Assembly: GCF_009914755.1 (NCBI RefSeq) | Contig: NC_060936.1 | Strand: one strand, 5' to 3' | DNA length: 64,000 nt | Source: the human T2T-CHM13v2.0 reference genome, Homo sapiens | Shown: piece after piece, positions 13,854-27,662 of the stretch | How the letters are laid out: each line of letters opens with the position of its first letter | Position numbering within the stretch: position 1 is the first letter of the stretch | Position numbers and translations under genes: made by a program | The notes under the pieces: model-generated | What the model saw: the letters and a program-made list of their open reading frames with translations, nothing else | Told to the model about the DNA's origin: nothing | Databases searched by the model: none

Positions 13854-14163
13854 GTAAGCACTGCGTATGTTTTCTGATGTATGCAGATTGAGTGAAGCCT
13901 GCAAATCATTTGTTTATCTGCAATTCAATCAGTAGCATTAACTTGTCATTTATTATGCTATTTTAACCAAATGAAATGATTGGCTTAGAAAATTTAAATT
14001 TTTCTTTGAAGAAAGAAAATACAAATTTAAGATAATCTTAGAACACTCTGTTTTAGTCCTGATTTCTTTTCTTTTAAAAAGCTTTGCTTTTTTGCTCATG
14101 ATGGAGTATTCGTTTTTCTTTATTTGAGTTAATAATGCTAATATTTTTCTTCCTACTGCATAG

Positions 14164-14361
14164 AAAATTAAAAAGGACCCTTATACGGCAACTATGATAG
14201 GATTTTCCAAAGTCACAAACTACATTTTTGACAGTTTGAGAGGCAGCGATCCCTCTACACATCAACGACCACCTTCAGAAATGGCAGATTTTCTTAGTGA
14301 TGCTATTCCAGGTCTAAAGATAAATCAACAAGAAGAACCAGGATTTGAAGTCATCACAAGA
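14164..14361 (+). CDS. TBC1D15: TBC1D15 coding exon (probable exon 8), includes FEVI LIR-type motif
   Basis: gcatag|AAA to AGA|GTGAGT; 66 codons KIKKDPYTATMIGFSKV...EPGFEVITR. Confidence 0.95.
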
Positions 14362-15424
14362 GTGAGTAAAGATTAGTATTAATATAGCTCTTATATTTTA
14401 ACAGGAGAACATGTACTATAGAAATAGAAACTTAATTTTGGTGATATCTGCTTCTTTCCATAATCTGTTCTTAACAACTTTTTGCTAGTATATCTGACAA
14501 TGAGTGCTTGTCCTGCCACTAAGTTCTTCATTTGTTCTCTATCTTATACTCTTTCTTGATTAATGTTGGATCTCTCTTCTTTGATTACCTTTTGATAATG
14601 AAGTTTGTTTCATTGGGTGCATAGCAGAGTGAGGAGCGAACCTTTCCTATTACCTCTTAGTTCTGTTCCTTACTTGCATGTTTTCTCATAGGCATCAGAG
14701 ACAGCTAGTCAGGATACTACTTTTAGGGCTTTTATTCTCATGTAATACTTCCTTTTTTAAGTAAGATGGGTTTTGGCCTGAATTATGGCAGATCTTTATA
14801 TGTGCTCAGTAAGATTTAAATTTGCTACAATTCTAGGCTTGTACATAGTTAGAAAACTATAAATATCTAAATTTTAGTGCTTAATTAAAGGGTTTATCTT
14901 GCAAATACTATTTTAAAATTACCAACATCTGTTAATTGAATAAAACACTATAGAAAATGCCGAGTGAAGCTAGTGGGTCATGAATCAATTCTGAGAAATA
15001 CAAACTTTAGAAGAAAAGCTAATTTTTAGAATATGATTAATGGAATAATTATATATTCTCTCTTTTTAAATAATACAGCATATCATTTGGTTTGAAGGTT
15101 TCTTACAGAATTTACATGTTGAATGTTCTATACTTACATAATTGAACCCAAAATAGTAAAGAGCTTTCTTTTAATAACAAATATTTTTAGTCTGTGGGGT
15201 TTTCTGTTTCTGAATTTATAACCCAGTTTGTTGTGTGTTTAGTAGAAGGGAAATACATGTAATGCTAACTATTATAGTTAAACTAAACATGGGAAAATAA
15301 GGAACAATCTTAAAAGTATTAGAAGTCATGTCTGAAAAACAGTATTTTAAATTTAGTTTCTATATGCCTTTATTTCATTTCACTGGTTAAATATGTACTT
15401 ATTATTGCTTAATCTTATTTTTAG

Positions 15425-15553
15425 ATTGATTTGGGGGAACGCCCTGTTGTTCAAAGGAGAGAACCGGTATCACTGGAAGAATGGACTAAGAACATTGATT
15501 CTGAAGGAAGAATTTTAAATGTAGATAATATGAAGCAGATGATATTTAGAGGG
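15425..15553 (+). CDS. TBC1D15: TBC1D15 coding exon (probable exon 9)
   Basis: ttag|ATT to GGG|GTAATT; 43 codons IDLGERPVVQRREPV...MIFRG. Confidence 0.95.
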
Positions 15554-16154
15554 GTAATTTAAACACTCTAATATGGCTTGTCTTATAAACTCCTAGTATT
15601 TAGGGGTTTTGTTGTTATCGTTACTGTTTTGGTGTGTTTTTTTTTGTTGTTGGTTTTTTTTTTTTTTGGTGGGGGAAGTAGGGAGGAATGAACTCTGTTA
15701 TTTCTTTGATGAATGATGCCTTAAAATTCCTGGATTGAGTAGGACAGAGTGAGGTGCTTATGATGTTCCTGGGGGTTGGGTAGACCCTTAACTCTGGGGG
15801 AAGAATTCTTCCGTACTTGAAGTTCTGTGGGTTTTGTGAAGGAGGCCTGCATTCCAGTGGCATTTGCCTTATTCTGTAAGATTGGGCTTAGACTCACCAG
15901 TCACACTGTCTGTCTGCTGTAGTCTACTGTATTCTGTAGTCTACTGTATTCTGTGCACTGTTTAAACTTTCTGGCAGCTGCTTACATCTTTTGGATCTAG
16001 AAGTAAAAAACAAGATGATATTCACTGAATTGAACTATTTACATATATGAAACTACCTCTTAAAGATTAGTTTTCCTTTTTATATGCAAGTTTTGTGAAC
16101 TTACAGTATTACATTCTTTTTCATTCATGTATTTAATATGTATGCTTTCTTCAG

Positions 16155-16258
16155 GGACTTAGTCATGCATTGAGAAAGCAAGCATGGAAATTTCTTCTGG
16201 GTTATTTTCCCTGGGACAGTACCAAGGAGGAAAGAACCCAATTACAAAAGCAAAAAAC
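16155..16258 (+). CDS. TBC1D15: TBC1D15 coding exon (probable exon 10), start of TBC domain
   Basis: ttcag|GGA to AC|GTAAGT; GLSHALRKQAWKFLLGYFPW (TBC RxxxW motif). Confidence 0.95.
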
Positions 16259-17324
16259 GTAAGTAATGGTCTTTCGTACATTTATCAAAGAGATTCAAGT
16301 AACCCACTCATACAAATTAGTATAGGGTTTCTAGATGAGGATTTGGAATAGACTGGGGAATGGAAAAACAACTTCATTTTTATGTTTTAACTTAAAAATT
16401 ATGAGCATTCTAATTATTTTAAATCAGAAACTTACTAGAAGCACCTTTTTGCATTTATTTTTGTGAATATGTAAAAAGAAGATAAACATATTCCCTTATA
16501 TAAGCCTTGTACAAGCCTTTTGCATACTTGAAAGATAACTACGTAGACATACACTTAAAAACATCTCTCATTCATCTTGATTCATTTTTATAATTCATTA
16601 TGAAATTATAAATGGCTCATAAGAAATATATTTGCTATTTAGATTAATTACCTTTAAGTTACTTTTCTGATACTCTTATAATGGATCCTTCATTCTTTTT
16701 GGAAGAGTATTTCTATTTTAAGTTATTCCTCAGACTTGAAAGGAAACACAGACCAACTTTCCAGGTACAACTTCTTGTTCTCAGTTGTCAGTCTAGCCTT
16801 TGATTTAAAGCTATTTTCAGTCATTATGTGCATATTTAAGTTATCTGACAGTCTTCTCTTTTCAGCTTGTTTACCAGTTCTTCTAAGACATTTTTACATT
16901 AACTAGTTTCTGCAATAAACTGCTTGGAAATGGAACTATAATGTCACATTTTTTAAAAAAAAAGTCACTTAGATTTGTATTTACAATTATTTGGAAACTT
17001 TAGTGGTTAAAATATTTCATGACTAGAATACTTTTAGACATGATTTTAAGGATGAGATAAATGTTTTTGTAAAAGAATACCTAAAATTATTCTAGTAGTT
17101 GAACAAAGTTTATCACATAAACTTTGTGATATTTATCGGTTATTTTTTTCTTTTGTTTTCACTTATTTATCATAACTTTAAACGTTTTGCTATTGTTTTT
17201 ATAAACTTACATTCCACTAGCATCATAAATGCTTTGATATACTGTTTATAGAAAAACCCAATTAAACAGTGTTAAAAATAAAGTTTTCAAATAGCTTTCT
17301 TTGATGTCAAATTGTTTTCTATAG

Positions 17325-17419
17325 TGATGAATACTTCAGAATGAAACTGCAGTGGAAATCCATCAGCCAGGAACAAGAGAAAAGAAATTCGAGGTTAAGA
17401 GATTATAGAAGTCTTATCG
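17325..17419 (+). CDS. TBC1D15: TBC1D15 coding exon (probable exon 11)
   Basis: ctatag|T to G|GTAATT; DEYFRMKLQWKSISQEQEKRNSRLRDYRSLI. Confidence 0.95.
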
Positions 17420-19289
17420 GTAATTTTTTCTTAACAACTTTGGAAATGCAAGGGGGGATTACATTGAAATCTTGATAAGAGTAAAGAAGTGAAGATACAT
17501 GGTAATAGCACTAGGGCTCAAAAGAGAAATCAGAATAGGAAAGTACATTGCAGTGTGTGTTTAATGTTCTTTGTTGTTCCTCTTCCAATAGGCATATTAA
17601 TTCAGTAAGTTTATTTATAAGTGTTGATATATTTAATTTTCAGTTCCAAAGTATGAATTTCTAAAAAGATTGTTTACCTTTATTTGCTTTTTGAATTAAT
17701 TTCATTTTTAAAAAACTTTATTTTCTTTTTTATTATGAAAGTCTGTTTATTGTAGAAAAATTAACTGTAGATGAGCAAAAAGAGGTAAATAGAAATTATT
17801 TTTGTTTCTGTCACCCAGAGATAATTATGGTTAATAGGTATTGGTTTATATCCCTTCAGAACTTCTTTAAATATACATATATTTCATTTTTAAAATTAAA
17901 TAAATGACTCCAGATATAAAATTTAGTATTTGAAAATAGAATATTTACCTGGGGATAACTATTCTCTAAAACACAGAGATGCTTGATAGAATTTTATCAT
18001 TAAAGCATTAGTTGCATTTCATAATCTCCATTTACAAATGAGAAACTGAAGCATGGAGAACATAAATGACCTGTCCAAGGTCACACATGTCCCAGTTTAA
18101 TGTTCTTATTACACTGTCTCTGTAATTTTAGGATAGCATTGGATAGTACTGGAACTTAGTTTTGAAATTCCTATATTGTATCTGGATTTGTATATCCGTG
18201 GTTTCATAAAGAATGATAGAGGGATTTGTTACTGCTGTTAACACCCTCCCATGAAAGAAATAATTTTTTAAATTATATTTAGAAAGCCCAACGTAACAGG
18301 CTGATTTGGTACCGTTTGTGGACATGAAAACAAGATCTTTTTGGCAGTGATACTTTTGATCCAAAAAGAATTTATTTTTCTGAAATGTAAATTATACCAG
18401 AATAAACTTTGTCCTTTCTCTGATTAAGGCGAAAGTTTGGGAGTCCTGAGTTTTGGAGTTTAATCTAAAGTTTCTAACTGAAGCTTCTTGATATTTTCAG
18501 TTTCAGTAGGAAAAACAATAAGGGATTCTGGTGTTTTACTCCTGCTTGAGCATAAAATATTCGAACTGGAAGGGAAGTTAGAGGTCAACTAAACCTGTAT
18601 TTTAAGCCTCTTCTTTCTGCATGCCATATCCTCTTCCCTTTATATCAAGGATCAATGTTGATGTCTCTGATATTCTCAACCTTTCATGTCCTTTTCTGAT
18701 CCTTTCCAGGAGACTGGTAGGAAAATTTAGATATTTAAAGTCCCCATAATGTAATTTGAATTGAGACATACTGTAGCCTACTTTGTTCATTTTTAGCAGA
18801 TAAAGTTGAAGCCCAGAAAGGTTAGTCAGTTGTCTTAAGCCATCTATCTCGTTAGTTTTATAGTTCAGACTCATTCATACTCAGATCTAATTTTGAGTGG
18901 CCTTTCAGCTATACCATGCTTTCTGCCAGTAGAAGTGCATAAAATAAGTTAGTTTTAAAGCATTCTTTTTCTATAATGCTTTTTCCCAAATGTATTTTGA
19001 GAATGCTCATCAAAAGCTTTTTGGGTGGTATAAATTTACTTTTATTAAAAGCAAAACTACGCAGTAAGCTTTAGGTCTTGCATACATGCCAATAAGTTGG
19101 ATTTTACTTTAAGTATGATGAGACTCTATTGGAGCATTTTAAGGAAGAGTATTTTATTTATATTTTAAAATCATTTTTACTGCTTTGTGGAAATTCAATC
19201 AAAGTAAGAGTAGGAATAGGGAGACCAGTTAGTGGAAAGCATAAGTTCAGGCAATAAATGGTAGTAGAGGAGGTAAAAAGAAGTAGGTG

Positions 19290-19458
19290 AGCCCGGCCAT
19301 GGTGGCTCACACCTGTAATCCCAGTATTTGGGAGGCTGAGGTGGGAGGATCACTTGAGCCTATGGGGTTGAGGCCACAGTGAGCTGCGATTGTGCCACTA
19401 CACTCCGGCCTGGGTGACAGAGCGAGACCCCTTCTCAAAACAAAACAAAACCAAAAAA
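19290..19458 (+). mobile_element. Alu monomer (FRAM-like)
   Basis: Single arm with A-rich tail, TSD AAGTAGGTG. Confidence 0.8.
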
Positions 19459-19854
19459 AGTAGGTGGATTCAAGTTATATTTTGGTGATAGAGTTGATAA
19501 GACTTTCTGATATATGAAATATGGGGTGTGAAGGGGAAAGAGAAATAAAAAATAGGACTCAGTTTCTGACTAGAAAACGGGCAGTTAGTGATACCCCTTA
19601 TGGAGATGAGAAATGGGGTATGGTGAAATTGAATTAAGTGTTAAGGTATATATACCTTAAGGTGAAATATACAAATGGAATGTCAAGTAGGTAGTTGAAT
19701 AGTCTGGACTAGTCTGGCAGGAGATAGAAGTTTGGGTATTATCAGTATAAATATCCATGGAAACATGTGCCACCTAGTGGAAAAAGAGACAGTTAAGAAG
19801 GCTCAGGAATCCCAGTTTTTAAAGCAGTGGTTTTTAACTTTGGCAACACATTAA

Positions 19855-19984
19855 CCCATTTATGCCTAGTGTTCCATTATTGGAACACTAAGCTTGTGGG
19901 AGTTATTTGTATCCTGCTGCTCAAGGTCATCTCCAAGGTCTGATTTTTCACACACAAAAATTCGCAACCTCTGGCATAAATGGG
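19855..19984 (+). mobile_element. MER85 piggyBac MITE nested in a MER5A-like element
   Basis: TTAA-CCCATTTATGCC ... GGCATAAATGGG TIRs; internal palindrome GTTCCATTATTGGAAC at 19871-19886. Confidence 0.9.
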
Positions 19985-20363
19985 TTTAAATCACCAAGGG
20001 ATATTTCTGAAAACCAAATTGATTATTTCAAGCATTCATACACTCATTCATTCTTTCAATAAGTTATTACTTAGTGCCTATTATGTACTAGGCTCTCCTC
20101 TAGGCATTAGGGATTCATCACTGCACAAAACAGGCAAAATTCTTGCCCTAAAGGAGTTTTCATTCCTGTGGAAGAACAGACAGTAAACAAGTTAAGTAAG
20201 TAACATATGTGGTATGTTAGTGATACATGCCAAATAGAAAAATAAGGCAAGGAAAAGGGTTAGGATGTTTGTGTGCAATGTTGCCATTTTAACTTGGGCA
20301 AGCAGAGACAGCTTTTAGTAGGAAAGTGATATTTGAATAGAAACTTGAAAAAGGGAGGGGGTT

Positions 20364-20460
20364 CTCTTACCACTCCTGTTCAGTGTAGTATTGGAAGCCC
20401 TAGCCAGAGCAATCAGGCAAGAGAAAGAAATAATGGGCATCCAGATGGGAAGAGAGGAAG
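20364..20460 (+). mobile_element. Isolated ~100-bp L1 ORF2 fragment
   Basis: GAAGCCCTAGCCAGAGCAATCAGGCAAGAGAAAGAAA ([12 protein letters not shown]); no tail. Confidence 0.8.
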
Positions 20461-20510
20461 AGCAACTGCTTGATATAAAGGGAAGAGAATATGGCATATG
20501 GATATTGCTG

Positions 20511-20799
20511 GGTTTTTTGTCTTTCAAGAGACAGATTCTTGCTTGTCACCCAGGCTGGAGTGCAGTGGCACAATCATAATTCACTGCAGCTGGGCTCAAA
20601 GGATACTCCAGCCTCAGCCTCCCAAGTAGCTGGGGCTGCATGCACGCACCATCACACCCGGCTAATTTTTAAATTTTTTTGTACAAATAGGGTCTCACTA
20701 TGTTTCCCAGGCTGGTCTCCAACTCCTGGCCTCAAGCAATTCTCCCATCTCAGTGTTGCAAAGCATTGGGATTATAAATATGAGCCACTGTGCCCAGCC
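20511..20799 (-). mobile_element. AluJ
   Basis: Diverged antisense Alu, TSD ATATTGCTG. Confidence 0.85.
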
Positions 20800-21055
20800 A
20801 ATATTGCTGTTTTTTTTGTTTTTGTTTTTTACTAAGATGGGAAAAACTGTTAGAGAAGAAAGTCTGGAAGGGAATATTTAGAATTCAGTTTTAGACTTTA
20901 ATTTTGAGATGCCTATATTGAATGTCTGTAAGTTAATATGTTGAGTTGAATGTGGATATATGGGGCTGGAATTCATGGGACTGGAGATAAATTTAGGGGT
21001 CATCAACATAGATAGTATGAGATTACATAAAACCATGAATTATGAAACTAGATTA

Positions 21056-23505
21056 CCTCAAAAAGTAGGCATCAAAGGTACATAACCTCAAAATAATAAG
21101 AGCCATCTATCACAGACCCACAGCCAACATCATACCAAACAGGCAAAAGCTGGAAGCATTCCCCTTGAGAACCAGAACAAGACAAGGATACCCACTCTGA
21201 CACTTTTATTCAGCATGGTACTATAATCAGGCAAGAGAAAGAAATAAAAGGCATCCAGATAGGAAGAGAGGAAGTCACCCTCTCTTCACAGGCAATATGA
21301 CACTATACCTAGAAAACCCCATAGTCTCTGCCCAAAGGCTCCTAGATCTGATAAACAACTTCAGTAAAGTTTCAGTATACAAAATCGATGTGCAAAAATC
21401 AGTAGCATTGGTATACACCAACAACGTCCAAGCCGAGAGCCAAATGAAGGATGTGATCCCATTCACAGTAGGCACAAAAATAATAAAATACCTAGAAATA
21501 CAGCTAACCAGGGAGGTGAAAGAACTCTGCAATGAGAATTACAAAACACTGCTGAAGGGAATCAGAGATAACACAAACAAATAGAAAAACATTCCATACC
21601 ATGGATTGAAAGAATATTGTTTAAAATGGCCGTACTGCCCAAAGCTATTTATAGATTCAGTGCTATTCCTGTCAAACTACCAATGACATTTTTCACAGAA
21701 TTAGAAAAAAATTCATATGCAACCAAAAAAGAGCCCAAATAGCCAAAGCAATCTTAATGCAAAATGAAGAAAGTTGGAGGCGTCATACTACCTGACTTCA
21801 AACTATACTGCAAGGGTATAGTAACTAAAACAGCATAGTCCTGGGACGAAAAACAGGCACATAAAGCAACGAAACATGTTAGAGAACCCAAAAATAAAGC
21901 CACACATCTACAGCCATCTGATCTTCGACAGAGCTGACAAAAACAAGCCACAGGGAAATGACTCCCTATTCAATAAATGTTCCTGGGATAACTGGCTAGC
22001 TATATGCAGAGGTATTAAACTGGACCCCTACCTTTCACCATATACAAAAATCAGTCAAGATGGATTAAAAACTTAAATGTAAAACCTGAAACTATAAAGA
22101 CCCTAGAAGAAAATCTAGGAAATACCATTGAGGATATCGACCCAGGCAAAGACTTCATGAAGAAGACTCCAAAAGCAATTACAACCAAAACAGAAATTGA
22201 CAAGTGGGACCTAATTAAAGAGCTTGTGTACAGCAAAAGAAACTATCAATCAACAGGGTAAACAGACAAGCTACAGAATGGGGAAAACATTTGCAAAGTA
22301 TGCATCCTTCAAAGGTCTAATACCCAGAATCTGTAAGGAACTCAAATCAACAAGCAAAAACAACCCCATTAAAAAATGGGCAAAGGACATGAGCAGACTT
22401 TTTTTTTTGAGACGGAGTCTCGCTCTGTTGCCCAGGCTGGAGTGCAGCAGTGCAATCTCGGCTCACTGCAACCCCTGCCTCCCGGGTTCAAGCAATTCTC
22501 TGCGTCAGCCTCCCGGGTAGCTGGGATTACAGGTGCCCACCACCACGGCAGGCTAATTTTAGAATTTTTTTTTAGAAGAGACAGGATTTTACCATCTTGG
22601 CCAGGCTGGTCTTGAACTCGTGGCCTTGTGATTCACCTGCCTTGGCCTCCCAAAGTGCTGGCATTACAGGTGTGAGTTACCATGCCTGGCTGCAGACACG
22701 TCTTAAAAGAAGACATAAACACTGCCAACCAACATATGAAAAAGTGCTCAATATTACTAGTCATTATGGCAATACAATTCAAAACAACAATGAGATACCA
22801 TCTCCTACTAGTCATGATGGCTGTTACTAAAAAGTCAAAAAATAACAGATGCTGGTGAGGTTTTAGAGAAAAGGGAATGCTTATACAGTGCTGGTGGGAA
22901 AGTAAATTAATTCAGCCACTGTGAAAAGCAGTCTAGAAATTTCCCAAAGAACTTAAAACAGAACTACCATTCGACCCAGCAATCCCATTACTGGATATAT
23001 GTCCAAAGGGGTATAAATCGTTCTACCACAAAGGTAAATGCACATGTATGTTCATAGCAGCACTATTTGACAACAGAGAAGACATGAAATCAGCCTAGAT
23101 GCCCATCAGTGGTGGACTGGATAAAGAAAATATACATATGCACCATAGAATGCTATGCAGCCATAATAAAGAGATCGTAGCCTTTGCAGCAACATAGATG
23201 GAACTGGAGGCCATACTCCTAAGTGAATTAATGCAGAAAACCAATACCACATGTTCTCACTACAAGTAGGAGATAAACATTAAGCACACGTGGACACAAA
23301 AAAGGAAACAGTAGACACTGGGGCTGTTTGAGAGTGAAGGGTGGTAGGAGGGTGAGGATTGAAAAACTACATATTGGGTGTTATGCTCATTACCTGAGCG
23401 GCAAAGCTATCTGTACACCAAACCCCCATGACACACCATTTACCTGTGTAACAAACTTGGCAATGTACCCCTTGAAACTAAAATACAACTTGGGAGGAAA
23501 AAAAA
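21056..23505 (+). mobile_element. 5'-truncated old L1 (L1PA13-16/L1PB-type), sense to host gene, interrupted by an Alu
   Basis: Degenerate ORF2 RT/C-terminal peptides (ORFs 21297, 21876), 3' UTR, TSD-like AAA(C/A)TAGATTA. Confidence 0.9.
22399..22691 (-). mobile_element. AluS inserted in L1
   Basis: Antisense Alu flanked by GCAGAC duplication. Confidence 0.9.
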
Positions 23506-24806
23506 TAGATTAAATTGCCAAGGGAGTAGTACAGTTACAAAAAAAGAACTGAGCCCTGGGGCACTTTAATTTACAAGTAGGAAAAATTAGAAGACAGCAG
23601 AAGAGACTAAGTAAAGAGCCACAGAGAAAGATTGAAAACATCAAAGTTTGATGTCCTAAAAGACAAGTGAAGAAAGTATTTCAAGAAGGGATAATTGGGA
23701 TGCCAAGTAAGATTATTTAAATTGACCATTGCATAGAGGAATAAGGAGATCACTGGAGATTTTGATTAAAGAAGAATTTTGATGGATTGGTGCATGTGAT
23801 AACCTGATTAGAGTGAATTGAAGAGAAAATAGAAGAAGACTTGGAGACAATACCTACAGCTCTTTCAAGGAGTTTTGCTGTAAACAGATGTAGAGAAAAT
23901 GAGCTAGCAGAGGGAAAAGTAGGATTAAGAAAGGTTTTTAATGATGTTGAAAGAAATAATGTAAGGTTGAATACTATGGGAATGGTACAGTAGAAAGGAA
24001 AAACTGGTAAAACTGAAGAGGGAGGTAATTACTAGAGTAACTAGATAGAAATTACTAGAGTCCTTGGGTAGTCAATAGGGGATGGTTCTCATGCACAAGA
24101 GGAGGGGTTGGTCTTTGCCACAGAGTTATGGAAACTCATTTATAGTGTTAGGAGAGCAGGGAGACTATATAAATTCAAACATGGTTGTATGCTTAGAATA
24201 GTGGGAACCTGTGAAAGTTCTCTCATAGTTTCATTTTCTCAGAAATAGGAAGCAGAGTCCTTATCTGAGTTAGGATGTGGGAGAAGGTGGAGGCTTGAAG
24301 AGAAAGGAAGTATAAAATAATTGTATGAATGGGGAGTGAATGGACAAGGGAAATAGAGCAGGATTGCCAAACAGCATTCAGGACCCACTTGATGTTAGTG
24401 ATGGTGAATATAAAATGGGGTCAGTCAACGTGGTTGTGTTTTTCTTCAGCCTTTTTTTAGCTACATCAGATTAGATGGAGAGTTGGATTTAATAAGAGGT
24501 TTTTGTTTTTAACTGAAGTACTCCTTTTCAGAAATGGGGTTTCTAGAAATAATTATAAAATAACATTTTTATATATTACTTTTTATCCCTTTTCTGTTTT
24601 TCACCTGGCTTGTCACTATTAAATATTTTTACAAGAAGAAATACTGATAGTTCATGAGAATACAAACAACTTTTTTTTACTATGTTTAAAATACGTATTA
24701 AGGCAGATATTCTGTATTGGCATTATGGTAATATAAATTATGCTTGAGTTAATAAAAATTAACTTATGAACTTTATCAACTGTGAAATGAGACAGAAGCA
24801 GTTTGA

Positions 24807-25103
<297 letters not shown>

Positions 25104-25344
25104 CATTTTGACATTTCTAATTGCAATTTTATATAAATAGCATGAGTTTTTTGGTATTACTTTTGCTTATTTGAGAACTGTATCCACAATTCTGTATGTA
25201 TTTGCTTGCTTTTTAAAAATCAAATGTAGTACATTTTAACAGAAAGCTAAAATATTTGAATAATTTTTTAAATGCCCTTACAGAATCTAATTAAGCTCAC
25301 ATCATACCCTGTTGTTAGATTCTACTCTGTTGTATCTCCTTATC

Positions 25345-25650
25345 TTTTTTTTAATTATTACTATTTTTGAGACAGAGTCTCACTCTGTGACCCATGCTAG
25401 AGTGCAGTGGTGGGATCTTGGCTCACTGCAACCTTTGCCTCCCGGGTTCAAGCGATTTTCATGCCTCAGCCTTCTGAGTAGCTGAGATTACAGATGCACA
25501 CCAGCATGCCCAGCTAATTTTTGTATTTTTGGTAGAGACAGGGTTTCGCCATGTTGGCCAAGCTGATCTTGAACTCCTGACCTCAGGTGATCCACCTGTC
25601 TCGGCATCCCAAAGTGCTGGGATTACAGGTGTGAGCCACCACACCTGACC
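25345..25650 (-). mobile_element. AluSx-like
   Basis: Antisense Alu, CCTCAGGTGATCC diagnostic, TSD CTCCT(T/C)ATCT. Confidence 0.9.
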
Positions 25651-26499
25651 TCCTCATCTCTTTGTAAAGAGTTTTGAGAAAGTTTTCAGGTTACTCAGTT
25701 TAATTGAGGGGAGGCAGTTATCACTTTTAAACAATTGATTCTACAGTAAATTAATCAAGAGTTTGTTTAAGTTACTTCTTCCTAATTTACTGAGAGATTC
25801 AAGTTTGGAGAATGCCTTGTGGTAAAGTCTCTCACATCGTGATGCACTTAGTAGGCATCAGTGTTTGTGAATTGAATTGTCGGTGCAACTTTGGACACAT
25901 TGATGATGATGTTTCCAAATCTGTTTCTCATGAAGTCATTTCCAACTTATAATGACATCTAAAGTAAATGTTGTAGATATGAAAATAAGGAAATAATTTG
26001 TCCTAAAGATGATTGAGACATGACAAAGAATTTGATTATACTTCTTATAATAAATGCAGTAATTGTGAATGAAACAAATCTCTTTGATTATGCTTGATTA
26101 GGTGGTAGCTTTTTTTTTTTTTTATTAGTTTTCAAGTACTGGTATCTATGACATGCATTAATGACTGGCATTTTTGTTGCTAATGCAAATTATTACTTAG
26201 TGTTGCTTTTAATTCATTGAAAATGTTTTCCACTATGCAGTTAAAAGGTTTCTATGTTTAGATAATAATTGAAAAATATTTTAAAATCTGCCCATGAGGA
26301 GGACTGATTCTTGAAAAAATTCTGAAATGTTACTTTATTGCATATTTGAAATAGAATTTGATGAATTTTTTCTTCATTAAGTAAAGCTTGGTGAGTGAAA
26401 TTAATAGCAAGAAAAATGACTCTGTACTTGTAAGATGTGAGCTTTATCACAATCTGTTTTTTGGAAGCTTTTCAAATATGTGATGATTTTCCTCTTCAG

Positions 26500-26616
26500 A
26501 AAAAGATGTTAACAGAACAGATCGAACAAACAAGTTTTATGAAGGCCAAGATAATCCAGGGTTGATTTTACTTCATGACATTTTGATGACCTACTGTATG
26601 TATGATTTTGATTTAG
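26500..26616 (+). CDS. TBC1D15: TBC1D15 coding exon (probable exon 12), arginine finger IxxDxxR
   Basis: cttcag|AA to G|GTAAGT; 117 nt, phase 1-1; (I)EKDVNRTDRTNKFYEGQDNPGLILLHDILMTYCMYDFDL. Confidence 0.96.
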
Positions 26617-26757
26617 GTAAGTTCTCTAAAGTTCTAATTTTAAAAGATGTAAATATATTTACTTTAGAGTTTACATTTTTAATCCAGTTAGACATGGGTA
26701 ATAGCTTTGTAGGCCTAGTTTTAAGAGAATTTGTTCTCCAGGGGACTGGAAACTTAC

Positions 26758-27225
26758 AAGGCTATGGTTCTCAACCAAGGAGCCCTGGGTTGCTGCAGCA
26801 AACTAACAGGAGCACCATGGGATATTTAAAATTTTTAAGGGAATTATAAAGACATCTATAGGACACCACTCTAACTACTAGCTGAAATAGCTAAAGGTTT
26901 TAACATTAGATCATTACATTCTTTTTGATGAAGTTATATCTTTGCAAAGCTGGGTTTTTGGCCTTGCTGTGATAAGTACTGTGTAAAAATAAATGATGAA
27001 AATAAATGAGGATGGTGATAGCCAGTTGAATTTTAAGGTTTGAGAAGTATTGTAGTGCTCAGTAGGTGATAAGCACATAGGATATGAATACTTATTCAGT
27101 TGTTTTGACCTAACTGCTTAATAAATGGAGTTGTTATTTCTTTGAGACTTAGGAGTGCCTTGGGAAAAATTGCTGGGATACTAAGGATGATAACCATGAA
27201 CTGAGAAAGTTTGCAAACCGTTGTT
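26758..27225. mobile_element. hAT-Charlie-type DNA transposon remnant
   Basis: TGGTTCTCAACC left end and GAGAAAGTTTGCAAACC right end; degenerate. Confidence 0.45.
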
Positions 27226-27366
27226 TGATATGCTTTTCCCGTTGTGAAGAAAAATACTGATTTGATATTTTAGACAAGCAGTGCAAAAATTTTGTAGGGC
27301 ATGTAGAACTTACTCTTTTTTTGGTAAATCTCTTTACCAGAAATTTGTTGTAAGAACTGATGCCGG

Positions 27367-27662
27367 GGCTGGGTGCGGAGGCTCACGCCTGTAATCCCAG
27401 CACTTCAGGAAGTCAAGGCAGGTGGATCACCTGAGGACAGGAGTTCAAGACCAGCCTGGCCAACATGGTGAAACCCCATCTCTACTAAAAATACGAAAGT
27501 TAGATAGGCTGGGTGGCACACGCCTGTAATTCCAGCTACTCAGGAGGCTGAGTTAGGAGAATCGCTTGAACCTGGGAGGTGGAGGTTGCAGTGAAACGAG
27601 ATCACGCCGCATTACACTCCAGCCTGGGTGACAGAGCGAGACTCTGTCTCAAGGAAAAAAAA
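27367..27662 (+). mobile_element. AluSx-like
   Basis: Full-length sense Alu, TSD-like AAGAACTGA. Confidence 0.9.
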
